From Kineococcus radiotolerans SRS30216 = ATCC BAA-149 (GTDB taxonomy: Bacteria; Actinomycetota; Actinomycetes; Actinomycetales; Kineococcaceae), in NCBI RefSeq assembly GCF_000017305.1, contig NC_009664.2, forward strand, positions 3,840,001-3,872,000: 32,000 nucleotides of DNA, given 5' to 3'. The position numbers were made by a program, and so were the translations under genes. Shown in pieces: positions 14,667 through 23,216 of this stretch. Every line of letters starts with the position of its first letter. The stretch's first letter is position 1. The notes under the pieces were generated by a model that worked only from the letters and a program-made list of their open reading frames with translations, was not told where the DNA came from and ran no database searches.

Positions 14667-15523
14667 GCGCGGCCCCGGTCCTGCGCGCGGTGCTGGCCGT
14701 CTCCGCGGCCCGCGGCGGCGCCCGGCGGCTGGCCGGCCTCGCGGGGGAGCACCCCCCGGGCGGGGCGCGGCGCTGGGAGCGGCGCAACCACCGCGGCCAC
14801 GTCGTCACCCTGCTCGAGGGGCCGGTGGCGGCGCTCGCCGTGGCCGCCGGTTCGGTGGCGGCGGCCGCGCCGTTCCGCTCCGCCGGGCTCGTCGCGGCCC
14901 TGGGTGCGGGCGCCTTCGGAGCCTTGGACGACCTCACCGAGCGGGCGGGGGACCGCGACGCGGGAGCCCGCGGTCTGCGCGGGCACTTCGCGGCCCTGCG
15001 CCGCGGGCGCGTGACCACGGGGACGTGGAAGGTGCTCGGCATCGGGGCGACCGGGCTGGCCGCCGCCGTCGCGGTCGAGCGCCCGCGCACGCCCGCGCAG
15101 CTGCTCGACACCCTCGCCGGCGGGGCGCTGGTGGCCGGCAGCGCCAACCTGCTGAACCTGCTCGACCTGCGCCCGGGCCGGGCGGCCAAGGTCGCCGCCG
15201 TCGTCGCCGCGTCCCTGGCCGTCGGCGCTCCGGGCAGCCGGGGAGCCGCCGCGGCGCGCCCGGTGGCGGCGGCCGTCCTCGGCGCCTGCTCCGCGGTCCT
15301 GCCCGACGACCTCGCCGGGCGCAGCATGCTCGGCGACACCGGCGCCAACGCCCTGGGCGCGGTCCTCGGCGTCGCGGCGCTGGCCCGCTGGCGCCGACCG
15401 GGCCGGCTGGGCGCCCTGGCCGTCGTGGTCGGGCTGACCCTCGCCTCGGAGCGGGTCAGCTTCAGCCGGGTCATCGAGGCCCAGCCCCTGCTGCGCGAGC
15501 TCGACCGCCTCGGCCGTCCGTGA
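14663..15523 (+). CDS. Divergent MraY/WecA-superfamily (PF00953-like) polyprenyl-phosphate sugar-phosphate transferase-like membrane protein
   Basis: GTG 14663 in a GTGA overlap with the steB stop, in frame with ORF 13691..15523. Polytopic hydrophobic protein with GALDDLTE (DD motif), SANLLNLLDLRPGRA (where the family has NxxNxxDGxDGL) and MLGDTGANALG (family GDxGSxxLG). Confidence 0.6.
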   Translation: MSAAPVLRAVLAVSAARGGARRLAGLAGEHPPGGARRWERRNHRGHVVTLLEGPVAALAVAAGSVAAAAPFRSAGLVAALGAGAFGALDDLTERAGDRDAGARGLRGHFAALRRGRVTTGTWKVLGIGATGLAAAVAVERPRTPAQLLDTLAGGALVAGSANLLNLLDLRPGRAAKVAAVVAASLAVGAPGSRGAAAARPVAAAVLGACSAVLPDDLAGRSMLGDTGANALGAVLGVAALARWRRPGRLGALAVVVGLTLASERVSFSRVIEAQPLLRELDRLGRP

Positions 15524-17139
15524 CCCCCCGGGTCCGTTCGGTGGCCGCGGCCGCCGCCTCGGTCGCGCTGCTGACGGTCCTGGCGCGGCTGGCCGGCTTC
15601 GGCCGCATCCTCGCCTTCAGCCAGACCGTCGGCGACACCTGCCTCGGCACCGCGTACACCACGGCCAACCTGGTGCCCAACGTCCTGTTCGAGGTCGTCG
15701 CCGGGGGAGCGCTGGCCGGGGTGCTGGTGCCGCTGCTGTCCTCCCGGCTGGCCTCCGGTGACGAGCGCCTGCGGGCGGACGCCTCCCGGACGGCCTCGGC
15801 CGCGCTCACCTGGAGCGTCCTCGTCCTCGTCGTCGTGGCGGGGCTGACCGCGCTGCTGGCCCGCCCGGTCATGGGCCTCCTGCTGCGCGGCGGCTCGGAG
15901 CAGGGCTGCGGGGACTCGCTGCTGCGCACCGGGACGGTCATGCTGTGGGTGTTCCTGCCCCAGGTCCCGCTGTACGCGGTGGCCGTCGTCTTCGCCGGCG
16001 TGCTGCAGGCCCAGCAGCGGTTCACCGCCCCCGCGGCCGCCCCCCTGGTCTCCAGCCTGGTCGTGGGGGGCACCTACCTGGTGGTGGGGGGGATCGTGCC
16101 CGCCGCCGTCGTGCGCGGCGACCTCGCCGACGTCCCGGCCCGCGCCGTCGCGGTGCTCGCCGGCGGCACGACCCTGGGGGTGCTCGTCCTGGCCCTCGCC
16201 CACGCCCCGGCGCTGCGCAGCGCCGTGCGCTGGCGCCCCACCTGGCGTCCGGCCCCCGGGGACGGGCGACGCCTGAGGTCGCTGGCCCTGTCCGGTCTCG
16301 CCGTCCTGCTGGCCCAGCAGGTCGTCACCGTCGCGGTGGCGGTGGCGGCGAACCAGGTCTCCCCGGGGGCGGTGAACCGGTGGAGCTACGCCTGGGCGAT
16401 GTTCCTGCTGCCCCACGCGGTGCTGGCGGTCCCGGTGGCCACCGCGGTCTTCCCGCGCCTGGCGCGCGCCGCCGACGGGAGCCGGGAGGAGTTCGCCGCC
16501 CTCCTGGCCCCCGCCGTGCGCACGGTCCTGCTGGTCAGCTCCCTCGGCGCCGGGGTGCTGGCCGCGGTGGCCTCCCCGGTCGCGGTCGTCTTCGTGGTCA
16601 GCCGGGTGGGGTCCGGCCGCAGCGGGGACCTCGCGGCCTCGCTGGTCCTCTTCGCCCCCGCGCTGCTCGGCTACGGCCTCGTCGCCCTGCTGACCCGCGC
16701 GCTGTACTCCCTGGGCGAGGGGCGCGCCGCGGCCGCCGGCACGGTGCTGGGCTGGGCGGTCGTCCTGCTCGGGGTGGCCGTGCTGCCGCCGCTGCTGCCC
16801 GCGGACCGGGTGGTCAGCGCCCTCGCCCTCGCGCACACCCTCGGCCTCAGCGTCGCGGGGGTGCTGCTGCTGCGGGCGGTGCACCGCGCCGCGGGGCCGG
16901 GTTCGCTGGCCGGGCTCGCCCGGGTCGTCGTGGCCGCGGTCCTCGCCGCGCTCGCCGGCGGGGTCGCGGGCGGTCTCCTGGGCGTGCGCCTGCGGGTGGG
17001 GAGCACCGCGGGCGAGGTCGCCCTCGGGGTCGCGGCCGCGGTCCTGGCCGCCCTCGCCTGGGCGGTGGTCGCGCGCCTGGGCGCCCCCACCGACGTGCGG
17101 GTCCTGACGGGTACCCTGCGCCGCGTCGTGCGCCGTTGA
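15520..17139 (+). CDS. murJ: MurJ/MviN-like lipid-linked oligosaccharide flippase (MOP superfamily)
   Basis: GTG 15520 in a GTGA overlap. N-terminus SVALLTVLARLAGFGRILAFSQTVGDTCLGTAYTTANLVPNVLFEVVAGGAL is the typical MurJ opening. About 14 hydrophobic segments, 539 aa. Confidence 0.8.
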   Translation: MTPRVRSVAAAAASVALLTVLARLAGFGRILAFSQTVGDTCLGTAYTTANLVPNVLFEVVAGGALAGVLVPLLSSRLASGDERLRADASRTASAALTWSVLVLVVVAGLTALLARPVMGLLLRGGSEQGCGDSLLRTGTVMLWVFLPQVPLYAVAVVFAGVLQAQQRFTAPAAAPLVSSLVVGGTYLVVGGIVPAAVVRGDLADVPARAVAVLAGGTTLGVLVLALAHAPALRSAVRWRPTWRPAPGDGRRLRSLALSGLAVLLAQQVVTVAVAVAANQVSPGAVNRWSYAWAMFLLPHAVLAVPVATAVFPRLARAADGSREEFAALLAPAVRTVLLVSSLGAGVLAAVASPVAVVFVVSRVGSGRSGDLAASLVLFAPALLGYGLVALLTRALYSLGEGRAAAAGTVLGWAVVLLGVAVLPPLLPADRVVSALALAHTLGLSVAGVLLLRAVHRAAGPGSLAGLARVVVAAVLAALAGGVAGGLLGVRLRVGSTAGEVALGVAAAVLAALAWAVVARLGAPTDVRVLTGTLRRVVRR

Positions 17140-17168
17140 CCCCCGTCCGCCGCTCCGCAGGAGGCACC

Positions 17169-18227
17169 GTGCCCGCTCCCGTCGTCCTCGTCCTCGCCAG
17201 CAGCGCCGGGGGAGTGGGGCGCCACGCCGTCGAGCTCTGCGCGGGCCTGCGCTCCGCGGGGGTGGACGTCCGGGTCGCGGCACCGGCGGAGACGCTGCGG
17301 CGCTTCGACTTCGGGGTGCCGACGTGCGCCGTCGAGATCGGCGCGGACCTCGACCCGGTCCGGGACCTGCGGGCCGCCCTCACCCTGCGGCGGGCCGTGC
17401 GGGCGCTCCCGGGCGCCCTCGTGCACGCCCACGGCGTGCGCGCCGGGTTCGTGGCCGCGTTCGCCGCGCGGCGGGGCACCGCGCTCGTGGTGACCCTGCA
17501 CAACGCCGTCCTGGGCAGCGCGCCCCGGGCCCGGCTGGGCACGGCCGTCCTGGGGGCGGTGTGCCGCCGGGCCGACGTCGTCCTCGGCGTCTCCGGCGAC
17601 CTGGTCTCGCTGGCCCGCTCCCTCGGCGCCCGGCGGGTCGAGCGGGCCCTCGTCCCCGCCCCCCCGCTGCCCCCGGGCGACCCGGTGCGGGGCCGGGCGG
17701 TGCTGGGGGAGGGCCCGGTCGCGCTCGCCGTGGCCCGCCTCGCCCCCCAGAAGGGGCTGACGACGCTGCTCGACGCGGCGGGCCGGTTGCCCGCGGGGGC
17801 CCGGGTCGTCGTCGTCGGCGACGGGCCGCTGCGCGAGGAGCTGCAGGGCCGGATCGACGACGAGCAGCTGCCCGTCCGCCTGGCCGGGCGCCGCGAGGAC
17901 GTGGCGGACCTGCTGGCCGCCGCGGACGTGGCCCTCAGCACGAGCCTGTGGGAGGGGCAGCCGGTGTTCGTCCAGGAGGCGCTGCGGGCCGGGGTGCCCG
18001 TGGTGGCGACCGACGCGGGCGGGACCGCGGAGGTCACGGGGGACGCGGCCGTCCTGGTGCCGGTGGGCGACGCCCGGGCGGTGGCGGAGGCCGTGGGGGC
18101 GCTCCTGGACGACCCCGGGCTGCGGGCGGAGCGGGCGCGCCGGTCCGCGCGGCGAGCGGGTGAGCTGCCCGACGGGGCCGCGGCGCTGGCCCAGGTGCTG
18201 GCCGTCCACGCCCGGGCCCGGGGCTGA
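17169..18227 (+). CDS. GT-B glycosyltransferase (CAZy GT4-like, Glycos_transf_1)
   Basis: GTG 17169 after gcaggagg (17158-17164). N-terminal [10 protein letters not shown]-terminal EX7E region [31 protein letters not shown]. Confidence 0.85.
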   Translation: MPAPVVLVLASSAGGVGRHAVELCAGLRSAGVDVRVAAPAETLRRFDFGVPTCAVEIGADLDPVRDLRAALTLRRAVRALPGALVHAHGVRAGFVAAFAARRGTALVVTLHNAVLGSAPRARLGTAVLGAVCRRADVVLGVSGDLVSLARSLGARRVERALVPAPPLPPGDPVRGRAVLGEGPVALAVARLAPQKGLTTLLDAAGRLPAGARVVVVGDGPLREELQGRIDDEQLPVRLAGRREDVADLLAAADVALSTSLWEGQPVFVQEALRAGVPVVATDAGGTAEVTGDAAVLVPVGDARAVAEAVGALLDDPGLRAERARRSARRAGELPDGAAALAQVLAVHARARG

Positions 18228-18286
18228 TCCCGACCCTCGCCGGAACCGGCGCCGGCGGGGCGGGCGCGGGGGACCGCCGCGTCCGG

Positions 18287-18292
18287 TACGAT
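18287..18292 (+). promoter_or_regulatory. Candidate -10 hexamer (TACGAT) for pyrG, short or absent leader
   Basis: tacgat fits the actinobacterial TANNNT -10 consensus and ends 8 nt before the pyrG GTG (18301). No Shine-Dalgarno sequence lies between them. Confidence 0.3.
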
Positions 18293-18300
18293 CGAACTCC

Positions 18301-20019
18301 GTGGCGAACCGCAGCACTCCCGAGTCCCCCACCCAACACGTCTTCGTGACCGGGGGGGTGGCCAGCTCCCTCGGGAAGGGGTTGACGGCCTCCAGCCTCG
18401 GCCGACTCCTCCGGGCTCGCGGCCTGCGGGTGGCGATGCAGAAGCTCGACCCCTACCTCAACGTCGACCCCGGCACGATGAACCCGTTCCAGCACGGGGA
18501 GGTCTTCGTCACCGACGACGGTGCGGAGACCGACCTCGACATCGGCCACTACGAGCGCTTCCTCGACGTGCGCTTCGACGCCTCCGCGAACGTCACGACC
18601 GGTCAGGTCTACTCCTCGGTCATCGCCAAGGAGCGTCGCGGGGAGTACCTCGGCGACACCGTCCAGGTCATCCCGCACATCACCAACGAGATCGTCGACC
18701 GGATGCGCGCGCAGGCCCGCGACGACATCGACATCATCATCACCGAGGTCGGCGGGACCGTCGGCGACATCGAATCGCTGCCGTTCCTCGAGGCCGCGCG
18801 CCAGGTGCGCCAGCGCCTCGGGCGCGACAACGTGTTCTTCGTCCACGTCTCCCTGGTGCCCTACATCGGCCCCAGCGGTGAGCTGAAGACGAAGCCCACC
18901 CAGCACTCCGTGGCCCAGCTGCGCAACATCGGCATCCAGCCCGACGCGATCGTGTGCCGCGCCGACCGGGAGATCCCCGAGGGGGTCAAGCGCAAGATCG
19001 CCTCGATGTGCGACGTGGACGACGAGGCCGTCATCGCCTGCGTGGACGCGCCCTCGATCTACGACATCCCCAAGGTCATCCACCGCGAGGGCCTGGACGC
19101 CTACCTCGTCCGCAAGCTGGGCCTGAGCTTCCGCGACGTGGACTGGTCCACCTGGGACGACCTGCTGCGCCGGGTGCACAACCCCCGCCGCCGCGTCGAG
19201 ATCGCCCTGGTGGGCAAGTACATCGACCTGCCCGACGCCTACCTGTCGGTCACCGAGGCGCTGCGCGCCGGCGGTTTCGCCGAGGACGCGAAGGTGGACA
19301 TCCGCTGGGTGGCCTCCGACGAGTGCCGGACCCCGGAGGGGGCCCAGAAGCAGCTGCACGGCGTCGACGCGATCTGCGTCCCCGGCGGTTTCGGCGTGCG
19401 CGGCATCGAGGGCAAGCTCGGCGCGCTGCGCTGGGCGCGCGAGAACGGCGTCCCCACGCTGGGTCTGTGCCTGGGTCTGCAGTGCATGGTCATCGAGTAC
19501 GCCCGCAACGTCGCCGGGCTGGAGGACGCCAGCTCCACGGAGTTCGAGCCGACGTCCAAGCAGCCCGTCATCGCCACGATGGCCGAGCAGCGCGACATCG
19601 TCTCCGGCGAGGGCGACATGGGCGGCACGATGCGCCTGGGGTCCTACGAGGCGGTCCTGCAGCAGGGTTCCGTCGTCGCCACGACCTACGGCAGCGAGCG
19701 GATCTCCGAGCGCCACCGGCACCGCTACGAGGTCAACAACTCCTACCGCGAGCAGCTGTCCGCGAAGGGCCTGGTGTTCTCCGGCACCTCCCCGGACCGC
19801 GAGCTCGTCGAGTTCGTCGAGCTCCCGGCCGACGTGCACCCGTACTACGTCGGCACCCAGGCGCACCCGGAGTTCAAGTCCCGCCCGACCCGGGCGCACC
19901 CGCTGTTCTCCGGTCTCGTCGCCGCCGCCCTGCGCCGCCAGCGCGAGGGTCAGCTCATCGACGTGGAGCCGGAGCCGGCCGAGGCCACCGCGGACGTCCT
20001 GACGGAGGCGACCGCGTGA
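18301..20019 (+). CDS. pyrG: CTP synthase
   Basis: GTG 18301 in frame with ORF 18160..20019. [15 protein letters not shown], the [22 protein letters not shown] region, glutaminase domain GLCLGLQ and HRHRYEVN. Confidence 0.96.
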   Translation: MANRSTPESPTQHVFVTGGVASSLGKGLTASSLGRLLRARGLRVAMQKLDPYLNVDPGTMNPFQHGEVFVTDDGAETDLDIGHYERFLDVRFDASANVTTGQVYSSVIAKERRGEYLGDTVQVIPHITNEIVDRMRAQARDDIDIIITEVGGTVGDIESLPFLEAARQVRQRLGRDNVFFVHVSLVPYIGPSGELKTKPTQHSVAQLRNIGIQPDAIVCRADREIPEGVKRKIASMCDVDDEAVIACVDAPSIYDIPKVIHREGLDAYLVRKLGLSFRDVDWSTWDDLLRRVHNPRRRVEIALVGKYIDLPDAYLSVTEALRAGGFAEDAKVDIRWVASDECRTPEGAQKQLHGVDAICVPGGFGVRGIEGKLGALRWARENGVPTLGLCLGLQCMVIEYARNVAGLEDASSTEFEPTSKQPVIATMAEQRDIVSGEGDMGGTMRLGSYEAVLQQGSVVATTYGSERISERHRHRYEVNNSYREQLSAKGLVFSGTSPDRELVEFVELPADVHPYYVGTQAHPEFKSRPTRAHPLFSGLVAAALRRQREGQLIDVEPEPAEATADVLTEATA

Positions 20020-20693
20020 GCTTCCCCGAGGAGCTCGGCGTGCCGGTCGTCGACGGCGCGGACCTGGCCGACGCCGTGTCCGAGCGCCGGCTGGTCGGCA
20101 GCGAGGTCGTGTTCCGCGGCCACGTCTGGGACGTGGTGCGCGAGACCGTCGAGCTGTCCGAGGGCTCGCCGGTGGTGCGCGACGTGCAGCGCCACCCCGG
20201 TGCCGTGACGATCCTCGCCCTCGACGACGACGAGAACGTCCTGTTCATCAAGCAGTACCGCCACCCCGTCCGCCGGGAGACGTGGGAGCTGCCCGCCGGC
20301 CTCCTCGACGTGGCCGGGGAGCCGCCGCTGACCGCGGCCCGCCGCGAGCTGGGCGAGGAGGCGGACCTGGTGGCCGCCGACTGGGCCGTCCTCGTCGACT
20401 GGTTCAACTCCCCCGGCGGGTCCAGCGAGGCCAACCGGATCTACCTGGCGCGCGGGCTGTCGGCCGTCCCCGACGCCGACCGGCACGTGCGCGAGGACGA
20501 GGAGAAGGACCTCGTCCCGGTGCGCGTCCCGCTGGAGCAGGCGGTGCGGGCGGTGCTGGAGGGCCGCTTCGCCAACCCCGGCAGCGTCATCGGGGTGCTC
20601 GCCCTCCAGGCGGCGAAGGCCGGCGGCTGGCGCGACCTGCGCCCGGCCGACGCCCCGTGGCCGAGCGGGCTGCTGCGCCCGGAGCGCGGCTAG
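20016..20693 (+). CDS. Nudix hydrolase (ADP-ribose pyrophosphatase-like, Rv1700 position)
   Basis: GTG 20016 in a GTGA overlap with the pyrG stop. Nudix box [24 protein letters not shown]. Confidence 0.88.
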   Translation: MSFPEELGVPVVDGADLADAVSERRLVGSEVVFRGHVWDVVRETVELSEGSPVVRDVQRHPGAVTILALDDDENVLFIKQYRHPVRRETWELPAGLLDVAGEPPLTAARRELGEEADLVAADWAVLVDWFNSPGGSSEANRIYLARGLSAVPDADRHVREDEEKDLVPVRVPLEQAVRAVLEGRFANPGSVIGVLALQAAKAGGWRDLRPADAPWPSGLLRPERG

Positions 20694-20695
20694 GT

Positions 20696-20736
20696 CCCCG
20701 GAGCCCGGGCCGCCGCGACGGCCCGGGCCCCCGGGG
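20696..20736 (+). terminator. Long GC hairpin after the Nudix gene (candidate intrinsic terminator)
   Basis: ccccgg-a-gcccgggccg (20696-20712) pairs with cggcccgggc-cc-ccgggg (20719-36). That is 16 bp with one small internal bulge and a 6-nt loop. It starts 3 nt after the TAG stop. Confidence 0.55.
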
Positions 20737-20795
20737 CCGGTCGAGGACGCCGCGCGCCGCCCGCGTGGGTCGTCCGGTTCGTCGGGGCCTTCCCC

Positions 20796-20801
20796 TAGGG
20801 T
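20796..20801 (+). promoter_or_regulatory. Candidate -10 hexamer (TAGGGT) giving a leaderless xerD mRNA
   Basis: tagggt (TANNNT) ends 6 nt before the xerD GTG at 20808, with no RBS. This is the spacing expected if transcription starts at the start codon. Confidence 0.35.
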
Positions 20802-20807
20802 CGATCC

Positions 20808-21842
20808 GTGCCCGCCCAGGTCCTCGCCACCGCGCCCGGTGACCCCGACCCCGCCGGCTCCGGGGAGGCGGCGCTGCGCGCGGCCGTCGGGGACTACCTG
20901 GCTCACCTGCAGGTCGAGCGGGGGCTGTCGCCGAACACGCTGGGGGCCTACCGGCGCGACCTGGCGCGGTACGTGCGCTTCCTCGCCGCCCGCGGCGTCC
21001 ACGACCCCGCGCAGGTGGACGAGGCGGTGGTGAGCGGCTTCGTCGTCGCGCTGCGCACGGGAGCGGACGGGGCGGCGGTGCTGACGGCCAGCTCGGCGGC
21101 GCGCACGGCCTCGGCGGTGCGCGGCTGGCACCGCTTCCTGCACGCGGAGGGTCGCAGCGACCAGGACCCCGCGGTGCTGGTGCGCCCGCCCACCCCGCCG
21201 CGGCGGCTGCCGACGGCGCTCACCGTCGAGGAGGTGCGGCGACTGCTCGAGGTCGCCGGCCCCGGCGGCGAGGGGGAGCGGTCCCCGGTCGCGCTGCGCG
21301 ACGCGGCGCTGCTGGAGGTGCTCTACGGCTGCGGGGCGCGCATCAGCGAGGCCGTGGGTCTCGACGTGGACGACGTCACCCCCGAGGTCCTGGGCGAGGG
21401 CGGGCTGGTCCGGCTGCGCGGCAAGGGTTCCCGGGAGCGGCTCGTCCCCCTGGGCCCCTGCGCCCGCAGCGCGCTGGAGCGCTACCTCGCCCGGTCGCGT
21501 CCCCAGCTGGCGGCCCAGGGCCGGGGGACGGCGGCGCTGTTCCTCAACACCCGCGGGGACCGGTTGTCGCGGCAGAGCGCGTGGGCGGTGCTGCAGTCCG
21601 CCGCGCAGCGGGCGGGGATCGCGCGGGCTGTCTCCCCGCACACCCTCCGCCACTCCTTCGCCACCCACCTGCTGCGCGAGGGGGCCGACGTGCGGGTCGT
21701 GCAGGAGCTGCTGGGCCACGCCTCGGTCGCCACGACCCAGGTCTACGCGCTGGCGACGGGGAATCCGCCGCCCGAGGCGCGCGCCGGCCGCCGTCCAGGC
21801 CCCCGCGACCCGTCCAGCGCTCCACCACCGCGGGCGGACTAA
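20808..21842 (+). CDS. xerD: Tyrosine site-specific recombinase XerD
   Basis: SAM-like N-domain [23 protein letters not shown]. Catalytic residues in [22 protein letters not shown] and [12 protein letters not shown] (Tyr313 codon 21744-21746). Sits at the pyrG-nudix-xerD position as in Rv1699-1701. The tail after the Tyr is atypical (see findings). Confidence 0.85.
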   Translation: MPAQVLATAPGDPDPAGSGEAALRAAVGDYLAHLQVERGLSPNTLGAYRRDLARYVRFLAARGVHDPAQVDEAVVSGFVVALRTGADGAAVLTASSAARTASAVRGWHRFLHAEGRSDQDPAVLVRPPTPPRRLPTALTVEEVRRLLEVAGPGGEGERSPVALRDAALLEVLYGCGARISEAVGLDVDDVTPEVLGEGGLVRLRGKGSRERLVPLGPCARSALERYLARSRPQLAAQGRGTAALFLNTRGDRLSRQSAWAVLQSAAQRAGIARAVSPHTLRHSFATHLLREGADVRVVQELLGHASVATTQVYALATGNPPPEARAGRRPGPRDPSSAPPPRAD

Positions 21843-21896
21843 GGTCACCCCGAAGACAGACCGTGACGTCCCGACTGCCCGAGGAAGTGCCGCTCC

Positions 21897-22985
21897 GTGA
21901 CCAGCGAGTACCCCCAGCCCGCCACCGACACGTCGACGAGCACCGCTGCTCCGGCGCCGCAGCCGGTGGCCCAGCCGGTGGTGCAGCCCGTCGAGGAGCC
22001 CAGCCCGTGGCCGTCGTCGACCGCGCCGGTCCCCGCCGTCCCGCGGGCCGAGACCGCCCACGACGCCGTCCACGGGGCCGCCGACGAGGCCGCTCCGGAG
22101 GCCCGCGAGGGACGCGCGGTGCAGGGCCAGATCGAGCTCGGCCCCCAGAACGGCCCCACGGGGCGCCCGATGCCGGTCTTCCCGGTGCCGGCGCCGCTGG
22201 AGCAGCACGGCCCGGCCCGGGTCATCTCCATGTGCAACCAGAAGGGCGGGGTCGGGAAGACGACCACCACCATCAACCTCGGGGCGGCGCTGGCCGAGTA
22301 CGGCCGCCGGGTGCTGCTGGTCGACTTCGACCCGCAGGGTGCGCTGTCGGCCGGTCTCGGCATCAACTCCCACGAGCTCGACAAGACCGTCTACCAGCTG
22401 CTCATGGAACGCGGCACCGACGTGCGCGAGGTGATCCGGGAGACCGCCGTCGAGGGTCTGGACCTGCTGCCGGCGAACATCGACCTCTCGGCCGCGGAGG
22501 TCCAGCTGGTCGGGGAGGTCGCGCGCGAGAGCGTGCTGGCCCGGGCCCTGCGTCCGGCCCTCGACGACTACGACGTGGTCCTCATCGACTGCCAGCCCTC
22601 GCTGGGCCTGCTCACCGTCAACGCGCTGACGGCCTCGCACGGGGTCCTCATCCCGCTGGAGTGCGAGTTCTTCGCGCTGCGCGGGGTGGCCCTGCTGGTG
22701 GAGACCATCGAGAAGGTGCAGGAGCGGCTGAACCCGGCCCTGGAGGTCGACGGCATCCTGGCCACGATGTTCGACGGGCGCACCCTGCACAGCCGCGAGG
22801 TCGTCAACCGGGTCGTGGACGCGTTCGGGGACGACGTGTTCCACACGGTCATCGGGCGGACGGTGAAGTTCCCGGACGCCACGGTCGCGGCGGAACCCAT
22901 CACCTCCTACGCGACCAACCACCCGGGGGCGGAGGCCTACCGCCAGCTCGCGCGGGAACTCGTGGCCCGCGGGGACGCGGCCTGA
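21897..22985 (+). CDS. ParA/Soj-family ATPase (Rv1708-like) with Pro/Ala-rich N-terminal extension
   Basis: GTG 21897 after gaggaag (21882-21888). Deviant Walker A CNQKGGVGKTTTTINLG, then LLVDFDPQG and VLIDCQPSLG. The ~115-aa N-terminal low-complexity region keeps very high third-position G/C, so it is probably translated. Confidence 0.88.
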   Translation: MTSEYPQPATDTSTSTAAPAPQPVAQPVVQPVEEPSPWPSSTAPVPAVPRAETAHDAVHGAADEAAPEAREGRAVQGQIELGPQNGPTGRPMPVFPVPAPLEQHGPARVISMCNQKGGVGKTTTTINLGAALAEYGRRVLLVDFDPQGALSAGLGINSHELDKTVYQLLMERGTDVREVIRETAVEGLDLLPANIDLSAAEVQLVGEVARESVLARALRPALDDYDVVLIDCQPSLGLLTVNALTASHGVLIPLECEFFALRGVALLVETIEKVQERLNPALEVDGILATMFDGRTLHSREVVNRVVDAFGDDVFHTVIGRTVKFPDATVAAEPITSYATNHPGAEAYRQLARELVARGDAA

Positions 22986-23159
22986 CCCGAGGTCTCCGAC
23001 CCCGCGCCCCGGGGCGTTCACCGCTCGTCGGGGCCTCCTCGAACCCCGTGGTGGTTGCCCTGCGTCAGAAGTGAAGACGCTGCGTCGAACTCCGGCGTCC
23101 GTGCGGTGCGAGTGCGCCCGCGACGCCCCGACTGCCCCGTGCGGGCGAGCTCCGACGGG

Positions 23160-23192
23160 CTAGGGTTCGGCCACACGTGACCGGTTCCCTAG
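23160..23192. promoter_or_regulatory. Imperfect dyad CTAGGG-N21-CCCTAG with a central CACGTG, overlapping a TAGGGT -10-like hexamer, upstream of the NRPS-like gene
   Basis: ctaggg (23160-65) and ccctag (23187-92). Inner cgg (23168-70) / ccg (23181-83) and the palindrome cacgtg (23174-79). tagggt at 23161-66. The site lies 25-57 nt upstream of GTG 23217. Confidence 0.3.
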
Positions 23193-23216
23193 ACCGGTCG
23201 GGGGAGGGGCTCACCC

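Noticed and set aside
20808-21842. Tyrosine recombinase as the integrase of the downstream NRPS-like/tad island.
   Set aside because: Its motifs and its pyrG-nudix-xerD-parA context are those of the housekeeping dimer-resolution recombinase XerD. A ParA gene also separates it from the accessory block. There are no flanking att-like repeats or tRNA.
9153-23021. Very long minus-strand ORFs: 9153..11270, 10477..12645, 12059..13342, 14635..17283, 16671..18332, 18034..19899 and 19950..23021.
   Set aside because: Each lies antisense to a plus-strand gene that has clear family motifs (nadK, recN, steA, murJ, GT, pyrG, xerD, parA). Their translations are Arg/Gly/Pro/Asp-rich low-complexity strings with no recognisable motifs. 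This is the expected stop-codon-poor shadow frame in very GC-rich DNA.
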